DNA of 64,000 nucleotides. It comes from Candidatus Bathyarchaeota archaeon. Its GTDB lineage: Archaea; Thermoproteota; Bathyarchaeia; Bathyarchaeales; Bathyarchaeaceae. Positions 8,858 through 18,179 of the stretch are shown piece by piece. A program made the position numbers and the translations under genes. How positions within the stretch are numbered: the first letter of the stretch is position 1; every line of letters begins with the position of its first letter. The notes beneath the pieces were generated by a model. That model was not told the DNA's origin and ran no database searches. It worked only from the letters and a program-made list of their open reading frames with translations. The stretch covers positions 140,271 through 204,270 of the forward strand of contig JASFHP010000001.1 of assembly GCA_050123155.1 (NCBI GenBank). Direction: 5' to 3'.

Positions 8858-9683
8858 TGGAATCCTCCACAAATAGTTTTGAAGATTCAACTCCATATTC
8901 ACAAACATCATTTAAAATGTTTTGAGAAATTTTGATTTTGGCAGAAAATTCTGAAAAGAAGGTGAAAGTATTTTTTCTAAATTCAAAACGGATTCTGTCA
9001 AGATTGGATGGAGAATCCTCAAAAGAAAGCTGAAGACCCGTAACATCAGCCTCACCTAAACGTTTTACAACATCTTTGGATAGCGGAATTTTCGTAGGTA
9101 AACTGAATCCACCTATAAGTTTATGCTTTTTTCTGCTAAATACAAACGTTACACAACCATTAACCACAACAAGTTTCGATTGCTTAATAGACAATATTTG
9201 TAAAAATTTTTTAATGGAAGCGTTTAGTTGAATTTTTTTAGTAAAATTTACAGGGCGCTTTTTGTTTTTTGGTTCACATCTCAAACTGAAGTGTACAATG
9301 CCTTCTTCTTCTGACCTTTTGTATTCTCTGAATTTTTTAACGTTGGCAATAACTTTCTTTCGGAGTGTTTCTATCTTCTTACTCAGCTCTGGAGGAGCTT
9401 CTTTAAAATCCTTTTCAAATTCACTTATTAGTTTCTTTTTTGATGGAACTGAATAAACGCCTAAACGAATGATGTTAGATTTAATTGGGTATTTTTGGAT
9501 AAAATAGATAAACCCCATTTTGTTAATCGGATTTTTTTCAATATTAAAAATATCAAATAATTGGGAGTTAATTTCTTCTAATTTGCTTTGAGATAAAATA
9601 ATACCCGTACACATACACAAACTCGAAAATAACTGCTCCATTTTTGAAGAATCACTCCAAATAAGTATTAGCTTTTCACACAT
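8850..9683 (-). CDS. Hypothetical Lys-rich protein, first gene of the AT-rich cassette
   Basis: 277-aa ORF in very AT-rich DNA. No Walker, nuclease or other motif recognised. Confidence 0.5.
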   Translation of the reverse strand: MCEKLILIWSDSSKMEQLFSSLCMCTGIILSQSKLEEINSQLFDIFNIEKNPINKMGFIYFIQKYPIKSNIIRLGVYSVPSKKKLISEFEKDFKEAPPELSKKIETLRKKVIANVKKFREYKRSEEEGIVHFSLRCEPKNKKRPVNFTKKIQLNASIKKFLQILSIKQSKLVVVNGCVTFVFSRKKHKLIGGFSLPTKIPLSKDVVKRLGEADVTGLQLSFEDSPSNLDRIRFEFRKNTFTFFSEFSAKIKISQNILNDVCEYGVESSKLFVEDSNV

Positions 9684-10064
9684 AACTTTCTTTCTATTTA
9701 TAAATCTATATTCTAGACCAAAAAAGGTGTGAAACAGATTTCTGCGGGCGCGTCTATTGAGATTTTGTCAAAGACAATTAAGAGATTAATTCTATCGAAA
9801 AAATGTGGAAGTGCTGGATTTTAACGGATGATAACCCCATTTGTCCCCTGTGCAAATCCTCGTGACCCCATCACGCGGAACAGGGGGCAGTTCACTTCGG
9901 TTAGTTAAATATACCTTTGCAGTTCTTGTGATAGTTAACTCCACAATTAATGATGATTACGCCCAATTAAAGTAACTTCGGCGTTACACTAATGATAACT
10001 ACCTTAGTTGCTGTGCATCAGCTACCCAAACATAACTGTTTGTTGTCCAACCGTATCCAAACAC

Positions 10065-10118
10065 ATTAGGAGACCAATAACAGAAGATTGCTGAAAACAG
10101 CTTTTTCTATGCAAGAAA
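10065..10118 (+). repeat. Interspersed ~50-bp repeat, copy B
   Basis: attaggagaccaataacagaagattgctgaaaacagctttttct... is the first of three tandem degenerate copies between the TFB 3' end and the AT-rich cassette. Confidence 0.8.
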
Positions 10119-10161
10119 ATGTGAACTCAGGAGACGAAAAAATTGCGCGGACGGCGTCTAT

Positions 10162-10210
10162 CAGTCTCCTAATAACAGATGATTGTTGAAAAAAAGCTTT
10201 TTTCTGAAAT
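10162..10210 (+). repeat. Interspersed ~50-bp repeat, copy C
   Basis: cagtctcctaataacagatgattgttgaaaaaaagcttttttctgaaat. The leading octamer agtctcct is the inverse complement of the aggagact seen in the other copies. Confidence 0.75.
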
Positions 10211-10261
10211 TCAGCAGCACAGCACCAAAACGCCGCAGACAGTTCACACAAACAAGCCAAA

Positions 10262-10295
10262 ACATTGTTGAGAACAGTCTTTTTTCTGATTTTCT
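10262..10295 (+). repeat. Interspersed repeat, copy D (3' half only)
   Basis: acattgttgagaacagtcttttttctgattttc matches the 3' half of the consensus. Confidence 0.65.
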
Positions 10296-10331
10296 ACACT
10301 GAATAAATCGTTAAAAAGAAAATTGGGGTTA

Positions 10332-11267
10332 CTAGAGGTAGATTACAAACTGGAGTCGTTCAACCAGTTCTTTGTAGCGGTTTCTTATGGTTACTTCTGT
10401 CACCTGGGCAATCTCCGCGATTTCTCTCTGGGTTTTTCTTTCTCCAGTCAGAACCGACGCAATGTAGCTGGCTGCCGCGGCTATGCCTGTGGGTCCTCTC
10501 CCTGACGTGAGCTTCATCTCTTTGGCTGCGCCGAGAATCTTGTGAGCAATCTCCTCAACCTTTCCCTGCATGGTCAGCTGGTTAGAAAACTTGGTTATGT
10601 ACTGGCTTGGCTTCAGGGGCGGAATAAAGTAGTTAAGTTCCTTTATTAGAAAACGGTAGCTTCGCCCAACCTCTTTCTTGTTTACAGTAGAAGCCTGCGC
10701 AATCTCGTCCAGAGTTCTAGCCACTCCACACTGTCGACAAGCCACGTAAATAGCGGCGGCAGTTACACCCTGAATAGACCTTCCTCGGATGAGACGCTCC
10801 TTAACAGCTTTACGATAGATAACTGAGGCAGTCTCAAGAATGTTTTTGGGCAAATTCAGATTATTAGCTATCTTAGATATCTCGGAAAGAGCAAAAGCAA
10901 GGTTTCGCTCAGTGGCGTCGGAGACTCTGATTCGTCGCTGCCACTTCCGCAACCTGTAAATTTGAGCCTTCTGACCCGGAGCAATCCTCTTGCCGTAAAC
11001 GTCCCGATCATGCCAGTCAATCATAGTTGAGAGACCTTTATCATGAATCGTGAATGTAAGTGGAGCACCGGCTCTGGCACGTTTAGCGCGCTGCTCATCA
11101 TCAAATGCTCGCCACTCTGGCCCTTGATCTGCAAGTTTGGCGGCGACGACGAAGCCGCAGTTCATGCAGACTATTTCAGCGCATTCGTAGTCTCGCATGA
11201 GACGATTGCTTCCGCATTCAGGGCATCTCCGAATCCTTGGAGGTTGTTGGATGTTTTCTTTTGTCAT
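10332..11267 (-). CDS. tfb: Transcription initiation factor IIB (TFB)
   Basis: N-terminal zinc ribbon CPECGS...CMNCG, then two cyclin-like repeats ([18 protein letters not shown] / [16 protein letters not shown]). Confidence 0.95.
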   Translation of the reverse strand: MTKENIQQPPRIRRCPECGSNRLMRDYECAEIVCMNCGFVVAAKLADQGPEWRAFDDEQRAKRARAGAPLTFTIHDKGLSTMIDWHDRDVYGKRIAPGQKAQIYRLRKWQRRIRVSDATERNLAFALSEISKIANNLNLPKNILETASVIYRKAVKERLIRGRSIQGVTAAAIYVACRQCGVARTLDEIAQASTVNKKEVGRSYRFLIKELNYFIPPLKPSQYITKFSNQLTMQGKVEEIAHKILGAAKEMKLTSGRGPTGIAAAASYIASVLTGERKTQREIAEIAQVTEVTIRNRYKELVERLQFVIYL

Positions 11268-11542
11268 TTTCTTCTTTTCCTCTTTTTTCTTCCCGATTCA
11301 TGGGGGATTGTGTAAAGAACTTGATTAACAAGCTGCTCTGGACTGTGGACGTGTGGTTTAACAGCCACATAGGGGGAGGATGTGGGACCGAAAACGTCAA
11401 AAACTGTTCCCACAGGCTTGAGTTTTTCGTTTGAAACTTTGTCGCCGATGTGGGGAATGTTCTCCGCCTTAAGAATCATGTTTCTTGTGTTGCTTAGGTG
11501 AAGGACGTGACCGATTCTATGCAAAACCTTTTTTCCCCTCAC
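11264..11542 (-). CDS. gar1: H/ACA RNP component Gar1
   Basis: The GHVLHLS...GDKV...[22 protein letters not shown] pattern is typical of archaeal Gar1. GTG start. ATGA overlap with tfb (the conserved gar1-tfb pairing). Confidence 0.85.
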   Translation of the reverse strand: MRGKKVLHRIGHVLHLSNTRNMILKAENIPHIGDKVSNEKLKPVGTVFDVFGPTSSPYVAVKPHVHSPEQLVNQVLYTIPHESGRKKRKRRK

Positions 11543-11813
11543 AAAACCTATTGTTCACACGGAGCGCTTTATTTAAACGTTTCTGAGGCTATATTCCAGT
11601 TTGCACAATCGATTCCTGTGACTGAAAATTTTGTGCTAAATAAGAGAATTTTAAACAAAAACAACCATAGCAGAATGTTATTTATCTTACATTTTTGACG
11701 AAAGTTCTTCGGGTCTATGGGAAAAATCTCTTCAACTCACCCAAAAATGTCGGAGTGCAGAACGAATACCACAACTAATAAAACACTCTAAATCGATAGC
11801 AAATCAGATCGAA

Positions 11814-12098
11814 ATGCGGAAACAAAACAAGATTTTTCTCTGGCCCGTTTACTTCGACGCAAGCAAGACCATGGCAGATGGGCGGAGGGTTCCAAAGAAG
11901 CTCGCCGTATCGGCACCAAAGCTGGAGGAGCTTCAAAGGGCTGCAAAAAAGGTGGGGCTTCAAACTGAAGTTGTATCCGATGCTGCGCATCCAAGTACTC
12001 CATGGAGAAAAACTGGACTACTTGTTGTTCCCAAAAAGGAATCTAAAAGCAAAACATTGAAGATGATTGCTGAACAACTTTCTAAACTACGCAGATAG
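11814..12098 (+). CDS. srp19: Signal recognition particle protein SRP19
   Basis: IFLWPVYFDASKTMADGRRVPKKLAV signature. Confidence 0.85.
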   Translation: MRKQNKIFLWPVYFDASKTMADGRRVPKKLAVSAPKLEELQRAAKKVGLQTEVVSDAAHPSTPWRKTGLLVVPKKESKSKTLKMIAEQLSKLRR

Positions 12099-12106
12099 AA
12101 CGTTTG

Positions 12107-12499
12107 CTAGGCGCCCTCTTTGGAGACAAGAATCGCGTTTACAATACCGTCTTGTCCAGGGCGAGATGTTACCCGTGCGGTTCCCAAGGGCGTTGCGATC
12201 ATTGTTCCTTTTGTGATTACGCCTCGTCGGTCGTAGTCCACATTGGCTGGGTTCTTTATCACCCGAAGTATCTCTACTTTTGAAGTTTTACCAGAAGCGT
12301 CGGATATGTTCGCTTGGTTCACTGCTAATAGGCGAATCTTTTGGGTGCCTCCCTGCTTCCGAACCATTCTGCTCTTATTTTTGCCCAGCGCTGTTTCCGC
12401 TGGAAAGTAGCCCTTCTCGAATCTTCTTTTCTTTCGGTTAGTTCTTTTTCTTCCGCCCGAAGCTTTGCGTTTATGTTGATCTCCGTGCCACACAGACAA
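12107..12499 (-). CDS. rps8e: 30S ribosomal protein eS8 (S8e)
   Basis: HKRKASGGRKRTNRKKRRFEKG N-terminus, about 130 aa. Confidence 0.9.
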   Translation of the reverse strand: MSVWHGDQHKRKASGGRKRTNRKKRRFEKGYFPAETALGKNKSRMVRKQGGTQKIRLLAVNQANISDASGKTSKVEILRVIKNPANVDYDRRGVITKGTMIATPLGTARVTSRPGQDGIVNAILVSKEGA

Positions 12500-12565
12500 G
12501 CTTACATCATCTCATAGATCTCGATGAGACTAGCAAAACTTGACATATAAGCTTATCTTTGCCGC

Positions 12566-13162
12566 CTATTTCTCAGGATTCGCCTTTTCTTCTGTTTGGG
12601 GTTCGGCGAAATCTTGGAATATTGTTTTGAGTTGACGTTTCATTGATCGTAAGTCGTGGCTTAAACCGAAGAAGTCAGCGAAAAACTCGGTTGTTCTTAT
12701 TACCTTTTTTCTTCCAATCCCTTCGCGGACGATCAGCTCCATTTCTTCCAGTTCTCTAAGGTGACCGTATGCGTGGTGACCTCTAACATCGATAACTTTG
12801 GTCTGAGGAATTGGCTGCCTAAACGCAATATATGATAAGGTTTTCAGTGGACCTGGAGAAAGAAGCGGTCTTGTGGCTAACTTTCTAACTTTATCTGTGT
12901 ATTCGGCTTTCAGTTGCATAACAAACCGTTCCCCCTCAAGTTCAAGAACCTCAAGGGCTGTGTCACGATTGCTGTAATTCTCCACCAAAGCTTTAGCGAG
13001 TTTTCTAACCTTTCTTTTAGAACGAGTCCTGATTATGCTTCCCAGTGTCTTCAGATCAAGGGGGCGCCCTGCCACGTAGAGTCCTGCTTCCAGCAAGGCT
13101 AATTGCCGCCTGAACCGCTCTTGTTTGAGGTACTCAGACGATTCCTGTTCCTTTTCCTCCAA
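12566..13162 (-). CDS. scpB: Segregation and condensation protein B
   Basis: LEAGLYVAGRPLDLKTL plus tandem winged-helix layout. Overlaps the scpA end and is downstream of smc-scpA. Confidence 0.8.
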   Translation of the reverse strand: MEEKEQESSEYLKQERFRRQLALLEAGLYVAGRPLDLKTLGSIIRTRSKRKVRKLAKALVENYSNRDTALEVLELEGERFVMQLKAEYTDKVRKLATRPLLSPGPLKTLSYIAFRQPIPQTKVIDVRGHHAYGHLRELEEMELIVREGIGRKKVIRTTEFFADFFGLSHDLRSMKRQLKTIFQDFAEPQTEEKANPEK

Positions 13163-13829
13163 AGGCAGGGTCTCCTGTGACGGTTATGTACAGTTCCTCC
13201 GTGTCTTCCTCCTGCCACAACCCTATCTTTCCTCTTTGGGCAAGAAAGAGAAGAATTATAAATGTTTTAACTGCTTCAATCTTTTCTAGTCCAGTAACGA
13301 GCTTGGAGAATCCTATCAGATCCCCTTTTCCCGCAAGTTGGCAGAGCTGACTGTAAACAATCTTCATGCGTTCCTCGATTTCCAGCAAATAGAGGTCGAT
13401 TGGCGGAAGAATCTCGGGAGTGGGCAAGATTGGTTGAGGCTGTGGCGGAGGGCGTATGCTCTCGCTTCTCAGAACCTCATCCAACACATCTAACAGGTTT
13501 TCTATAGTGGTTGAAGACAACTCGTAACGGAGAGGGAGAAACATGGGAGGAGGAACGAAATCCGGTCGGCTTTTAGGTGGCGGTGGAGGCTCCTCAAGTT
13601 TCAGTAAAAGCTTGGTTTTCATCAGGTAGATGGTGCTAGAGGAGTCCAAAGCCACGCCTGAGGCTCTGAAGTCCACTTCTCCACGGTGCTCCATCTCCTC
13701 CAAGAAAGTGTTTAACAAAAAGGAAATGTTGACATCCCAAGGCATTACCTTCTCTAATCTGTGAATCTCAAAAAGTATACTCAAGGGAGGCTGAAAATAG
13801 AAAGGTTTCTCCATAGACTGTGACATCAT
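13134..13829 (-). CDS. scpA: Segregation and condensation protein A (kleisin)
   Basis: PWDVNISFLL...VDFRASGVALDSSSTIYLMKTKLLL block. 4-nt overlap with smc. Contains a poly-Pro linker. Confidence 0.75.
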   Translation of the reverse strand: MMSQSMEKPFYFQPPLSILFEIHRLEKVMPWDVNISFLLNTFLEEMEHRGEVDFRASGVALDSSSTIYLMKTKLLLKLEEPPPPPKSRPDFVPPPMFLPLRYELSSTTIENLLDVLDEVLRSESIRPPPQPQPILPTPEILPPIDLYLLEIEERMKIVYSQLCQLAGKGDLIGFSKLVTGLEKIEAVKTFIILLFLAQRGKIGLWQEEDTEELYITVTGDPAFGGKGTGIV

Positions 13830-16800
13830 GCAGCCTCCTTAATCTTAGCTGAAACCACATGAGAGTAGCCGCTGCGTTCATAGATTCCCCACACTTTCTT
13901 AGCTTTGCTGACCATCTCAGGCTTCAACGTGATAACCACAAACTGGGACTTCATGGACTCCTCCGATAACAGACCGCCTAGTCTGGACACATGGAAGGGG
14001 TCAAGGTGAGCGTCAATTTCATCGAACAGGTAGAAAGCTGCAGGCATAAAGTCTTGCAGGGCAAAAATGAATGCAACAGCCGACACGGACCGCTCTCCGC
14101 TGCTGGCTCCGCTTACCAAGATAGATGCCTTGTTTCTAAATTGGACCTGCATGTCCATTCCCCCAGAGAATGGGTCTTCAGGATTCTCAAGTATCAAAGC
14201 AGCTTCACCACCACCTGTTAGCTTTGTGAAGTATGTTCTGAAGCTCCCGTCAATCTTTTCGAAGGCTTCCATGAAAACTGCACGTTTTTTCCTTTCAATT
14301 TCATCCATGAAAGCGAGGATGGATTGTTTCTCTTTTTCAAGTTCGTTCATACGTATGGACAGTTCTTTGTATCGCGAAGCCTGCTCAGAGTAATGGTCTA
14401 GAGACAACTGATTCACGGCGCCGAGTCGATTCAACTCAAGACGTAACAGCTTAAGGGATGACTCAGCAGTTTCTAGCTGTTCCTGCGAAATCTGCAAGGG
14501 CTCATCATAGCCTAGTTCCTGCAATCGCTGGTTGTGCTGTTCCAGTTTCAATTCGCATGTTTGGAGATTCAATTGCAGCTCGTTATATAGCCTGTCTGAA
14601 CGTTCATACACTGAATCCAATCGTTGCAGCTTTTTGTCAATGTCATCAATCTGAACCGTGAATTTTTTGGATTCTTGTTTGGCGTTTAGAACGGTTCGAG
14701 ACAACTCTTCCTTGGAATCTCCCAGTTCCAGAAGCTCCTCATCAAGAGCCGCTTTTTCTTTGATGGCTACTTCAACCTCGCTTTCAACCGTTGAAGTCTG
14801 CTTTTTCAGCTTTCGCAGCTGGATTCTAATGTTATCCGCACCTATTCTGAGAACGTTTTCATGCTTGGATTGGAGAGTGGCAAGATTAGTTTCAGTGCTG
14901 CCCATGCTCTGACGCGCCACGATAATCTCTTCACCCAACTTTTCTCGTTGAATCTCCAGCTCCTGAATCCTAGCTGGATCCGTTTTCAGACGTAATTCTG
15001 CTAATTCTTCGCGGAGTTTTTCCATTTCTTTTTTAAGAGAATCACGTTGTGCTCTTAGAACCCCTAATTGGTTCTTTTCTTCTTCTCTTTTCTCGTTAAT
15101 TCTCAATACATGATTCTCGATGCGCTTGATGTTTTTTCTTGTATGCTTAACGTTCTGGCGTACTCTCCCAATTTCACCCTCAAGAGTTACAATGGTTTCA
15201 GCCAAGCTGGCAAGTTCTATCCTAATTCCTTCAATTTCTTCTTTGAAACCGCTTATGTCGCTCTCCCTTTTTGTCAAATGCCTCTGAAGAGCCCCCACGG
15301 CTTCGTCAAGACTCTTTACAGCTGTCTCGCTGGGAATGATTGAAGAATAGTCAACTGGCGCTCGATAATAGCCACTTTCGAAGCCTCCCTGAGCTTCGTA
15401 AAGGTCTCCGTTAACAGTAACTGTTCGATTACCGTTTCGTGAAGCGGCAAAGGCAGTTTTATCATCGTCTGTTACCAACGTGTCCCCGAAGACAAAGCTT
15501 ACAGCAGGCTCAAACTTTTTGCTACACTGGACAAAATTGGAGGCAACGCCATTCACCCCCCTCATCCGCGGGGTGCTGATAGAATTAATTTCTGACATTT
15601 CTTCAAGGGGAATTATCTTGATTCTACCCAATTTCATACGTTTCAGGGTCTCAGCGCACGTGAATGCTGAGTCAAAGTTCTGAACAACCATGGCGTCAAG
15701 CCAGCCGGCTGCTGTTGCTTGTACGGCTTTTCTGTATTGCCTTTTGATTTTGATCAGGTTTTTGAGGCGTCCGTGAATACCTGTAATCACGCCTAAATCC
15801 GCTAGCTCTTCGATGTTCCTCAGCGCGTTTTCTTCTGTGGCAACTTTTTCAGCCATTTCTCTTTGAGTGGCAAACTCCACTACTGCTTCTCGTGCGGATT
15901 CGGCGATTTTTTCTGCTTGGGCGATCTCTAACTTCACGGATTCTTCTTGTGCGAGCCTTTTCTCTATTGTTTTTTCAAGATTTTTGGAGCTCTTTACTTG
16001 CTCTTTGTGTACCGTTTTGAGGTCTGCGTAGGATTTTTTGAGGGCACTTAGGTTAGATTCAAAGCTCTCCTTTCGCTTCACCAGATCTCTTAGTCGCCGC
16101 GTAAGCACCGTTAAGGATGTTCGGCTCTTGATAACATCGCTGCGAAGATCAACGAGTTCGTGGGTACGCTTTTCTAATTTGTTCTCAACTTCTCTGATTT
16201 TTTTGCTATTTTCTCCCAAATCGGCTCGCAATTGAGCCGCCTCGTTTGAGACTTTGTCATACTGAGCTTGCTCCTCGGCAATTTCGGTGAGAAAACGCTC
16301 CTGTTCTCGCTTTAACCTTCGAATCTCCTTTCGGTTGTCTTTGATTTCATGTTTGATAGCTTCTAGTTTCTGTATGTTGTTTTCCATCACTTTTCTGAGA
16401 CCGTCAAGGCTTGCGTTTCCAGATCCAATCTTAGTTGACAACTCGGTTATCTTTGACCGAACTTCCCCTATTTTATATTGAACCTCAAGAAGACGTGTTC
16501 CCCGATCTTCAATCATTTCTGAACCGAGTTTTCTCCATTCTGTTTCGGCTTCGTGCCGCTGAGACCGAAGCTGTTCCCTTAGCTGCCTCGAATTCTCAAC
16601 CTTGCTTCGAACCTCTTCGATTTTTGAAGCCACATCAGCTTTCTTCCTCTCAACTTCAGAAATATCACCGAAAATTTTTATGGCTTCGAATCGTTTGATC
16701 TCTTCTTTAAGAAACATGTAACGAAGCAGCTCATTACGTTCTCTTTCTAGATCATCCACCCGCTTCTGCACCTCATCTATTCGACCCATCGCAGTTCGGA

Positions 16801-17374
16801 TAGAAATTTCAGCCGCCCGAAGTTTCTCTTCAGCCTCAGCCTTCTCAGCATCATACTGGGCTATGCCAACCAAGTCCGATATCATTTTTCTGCGTTCGGG
16901 AGCAGAAATCTCGGCAATTCGCGTGATGGCTCCCTGCAAAACAACATTGTGGCCTGTGGGGCTGATTCCTGCCATGGAAAGGATGTTAAGAATATGTCCT
17001 CTTGAAATTCTTCTTCCATTGAGACGGTAAATGCTTTGACCTGCCCTGTTGATTTCACGGGAAATAGTCACTGTTTTTGTGTCCACGGGTAGACGGTTGT
17101 CAGAGTTGTCAAACTGGAGCACAACTTTGGCGGTCTTTGCCTTTTTGACCTGCAATTCGGGGTAGCCGTGATAAACTAGTTTGGAGAGGCTTGCAGCGCG
17201 CATTCTCCTAGCGCTGAGTTCGCCTAAGCCAAAGAGGACGGCGTCTGCAATGTTCGTTTTTCCGCTTCCGTTCGGTCCAGTGATTGCCGTGAAACCCTTG
17301 TCTAACGTAACGGTGGCGGTTTTCGGACCGAAGGACTTGAAGCCTTTGAGCTCAATTTTTTTAATGTAAGGCAT
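13826..17374 (-). CDS. smc: SMC chromosome segregation ATPase
   Basis: Walker A GPNGSGKTN, long coiled coils, hinge, Walker B FYLFDEIDAHLD. The signature-motif position reads ASSGE rather than LSGGE. Confidence 0.95.
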   Translation of the reverse strand: MPYIKKIELKGFKSFGPKTATVTLDKGFTAITGPNGSGKTNIADAVLFGLGELSARRMRAASLSKLVYHGYPELQVKKAKTAKVVLQFDNSDNRLPVDTKTVTISREINRAGQSIYRLNGRRISRGHILNILSMAGISPTGHNVVLQGAITRIAEISAPERRKMISDLVGIAQYDAEKAEAEEKLRAAEISIRTAMGRIDEVQKRVDDLERERNELLRYMFLKEEIKRFEAIKIFGDISEVERKKADVASKIEEVRSKVENSRQLREQLRSQRHEAETEWRKLGSEMIEDRGTRLLEVQYKIGEVRSKITELSTKIGSGNASLDGLRKVMENNIQKLEAIKHEIKDNRKEIRRLKREQERFLTEIAEEQAQYDKVSNEAAQLRADLGENSKKIREVENKLEKRTHELVDLRSDVIKSRTSLTVLTRRLRDLVKRKESFESNLSALKKSYADLKTVHKEQVKSSKNLEKTIEKRLAQEESVKLEIAQAEKIAESAREAVVEFATQREMAEKVATEENALRNIEELADLGVITGIHGRLKNLIKIKRQYRKAVQATAAGWLDAMVVQNFDSAFTCAETLKRMKLGRIKIIPLEEMSEINSISTPRMRGVNGVASNFVQCSKKFEPAVSFVFGDTLVTDDDKTAFAASRNGNRTVTVNGDLYEAQGGFESGYYRAPVDYSSIIPSETAVKSLDEAVGALQRHLTKRESDISGFKEEIEGIRIELASLAETIVTLEGEIGRVRQNVKHTRKNIKRIENHVLRINEKREEEKNQLGVLRAQRDSLKKEMEKLREELAELRLKTDPARIQELEIQREKLGEEIIVARQSMGSTETNLATLQSKHENVLRIGADNIRIQLRKLKKQTSTVESEVEVAIKEKAALDEELLELGDSKEELSRTVLNAKQESKKFTVQIDDIDKKLQRLDSVYERSDRLYNELQLNLQTCELKLEQHNQRLQELGYDEPLQISQEQLETAESSLKLLRLELNRLGAVNQLSLDHYSEQASRYKELSIRMNELEKEKQSILAFMDEIERKKRAVFMEAFEKIDGSFRTYFTKLTGGGEAALILENPEDPFSGGMDMQVQFRNKASILVSGASSGERSVSAVAFIFALQDFMPAAFYLFDEIDAHLDPFHVSRLGGLLSEESMKSQFVVITLKPEMVSKAKKVWGIYERSGYSHVVSAKIKEAA

Positions 17375-17518
17375 CTTTCTCTAATTCGCCCTCGGTTTTT
17401 TGCATAGGCGGGAATTACCCTTAATGTGCTCCACAACTTTTCTGTAATATCTTCTATAAATAAGCTGTGTTTAAAAAAGATGTTTAAACTAACTAATACA
17501 AAAGTTTAGATGCCATTT

Positions 17519-18055
17519 TCACTCATTTCCGGAGCCGCGGAACTGCTCTGCCATCCTTCTGACAAAGGACTTGATGTTCTCTCCATCGCCATAAACAAGT
17601 ACATACCCGTTTTCCTGCATTTTACATGAAAGTTTGCTTTCTCTCACCAAGTTTTTCACATCTTCTAAGGGAGTGTCATCCGAAACTTTGATTCGCATCC
17701 AACTCTTGTCGCGGGGAACCCCTGAGCTAAATCTGGAGCCAGCCGTCCTATCTTCTTTCTTTTTCACTGTTTTTATGCCTTCAAGTTTTTTCAGCCACTT
17801 TTCCACAGTTTCTGTTCCCAGTTTTTCCGCGGCAAAAATGACGTATGATTCGACACTCCTCATGTATGTGTCGATTCGAGCAATGTTTTCTGTGTGTGTT
17901 GGGTCGGCTTTTAGAACTTGGATCATGGTGTTGGCGGAGCGCAGGTCGCTTATTACGTCTGCCGGAATTTTTTCGCCTCTTTCTTGAAGTTCTGTCAGTA
18001 GCGCAGCTAAAATTATCCATTTCTCCTCATAACTCATCTCACATTCTCTCTCCAC
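17519..18055 (-). CDS. Conserved-looking archaeal hypothetical protein (possibly DUF2096-like)
   Basis: 178-aa ORF. The start may be MSYEEKW at 18037. The family assignment is from memory only. Confidence 0.45.
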   Translation of the reverse strand: MERECEMSYEEKWIILAALLTELQERGEKIPADVISDLRSANTMIQVLKADPTHTENIARIDTYMRSVESYVIFAAEKLGTETVEKWLKKLEGIKTVKKKEDRTAGSRFSSGVPRDKSWMRIKVSDDTPLEDVKNLVRESKLSCKMQENGYVLVYGDGENIKSFVRRMAEQFRGSGNE

Positions 18056-18179
18056 TCAAAGGTGCTTCTGAGACCTAGCTACTAAGTGAATAGTCGCAAG
18101 CCTCAAGTAGATAAAAGGGGGCACTCTGTTTTAGTGATTTCCTTCAGAGAATGCTGATTTGGAGAAGACAAAACTTGTT

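Noticed and set aside
9946-10010. C/D box sRNA (ATGATGA and ATGATAA box-C-like elements)
   Set aside because: There are no CTGA box D or D' elements at the expected distances, and no terminal stem.
10065-10295. Possible small CRISPR array (three repeats containing a GTTGAAAAC-like core)
   Set aside because: The repeats are too degenerate, including an inverted octamer and one half copy. Spacing is irregular (97 and about 86-100 bp). There are only three units and no cas genes. The same element also occurs singly at four other loci.
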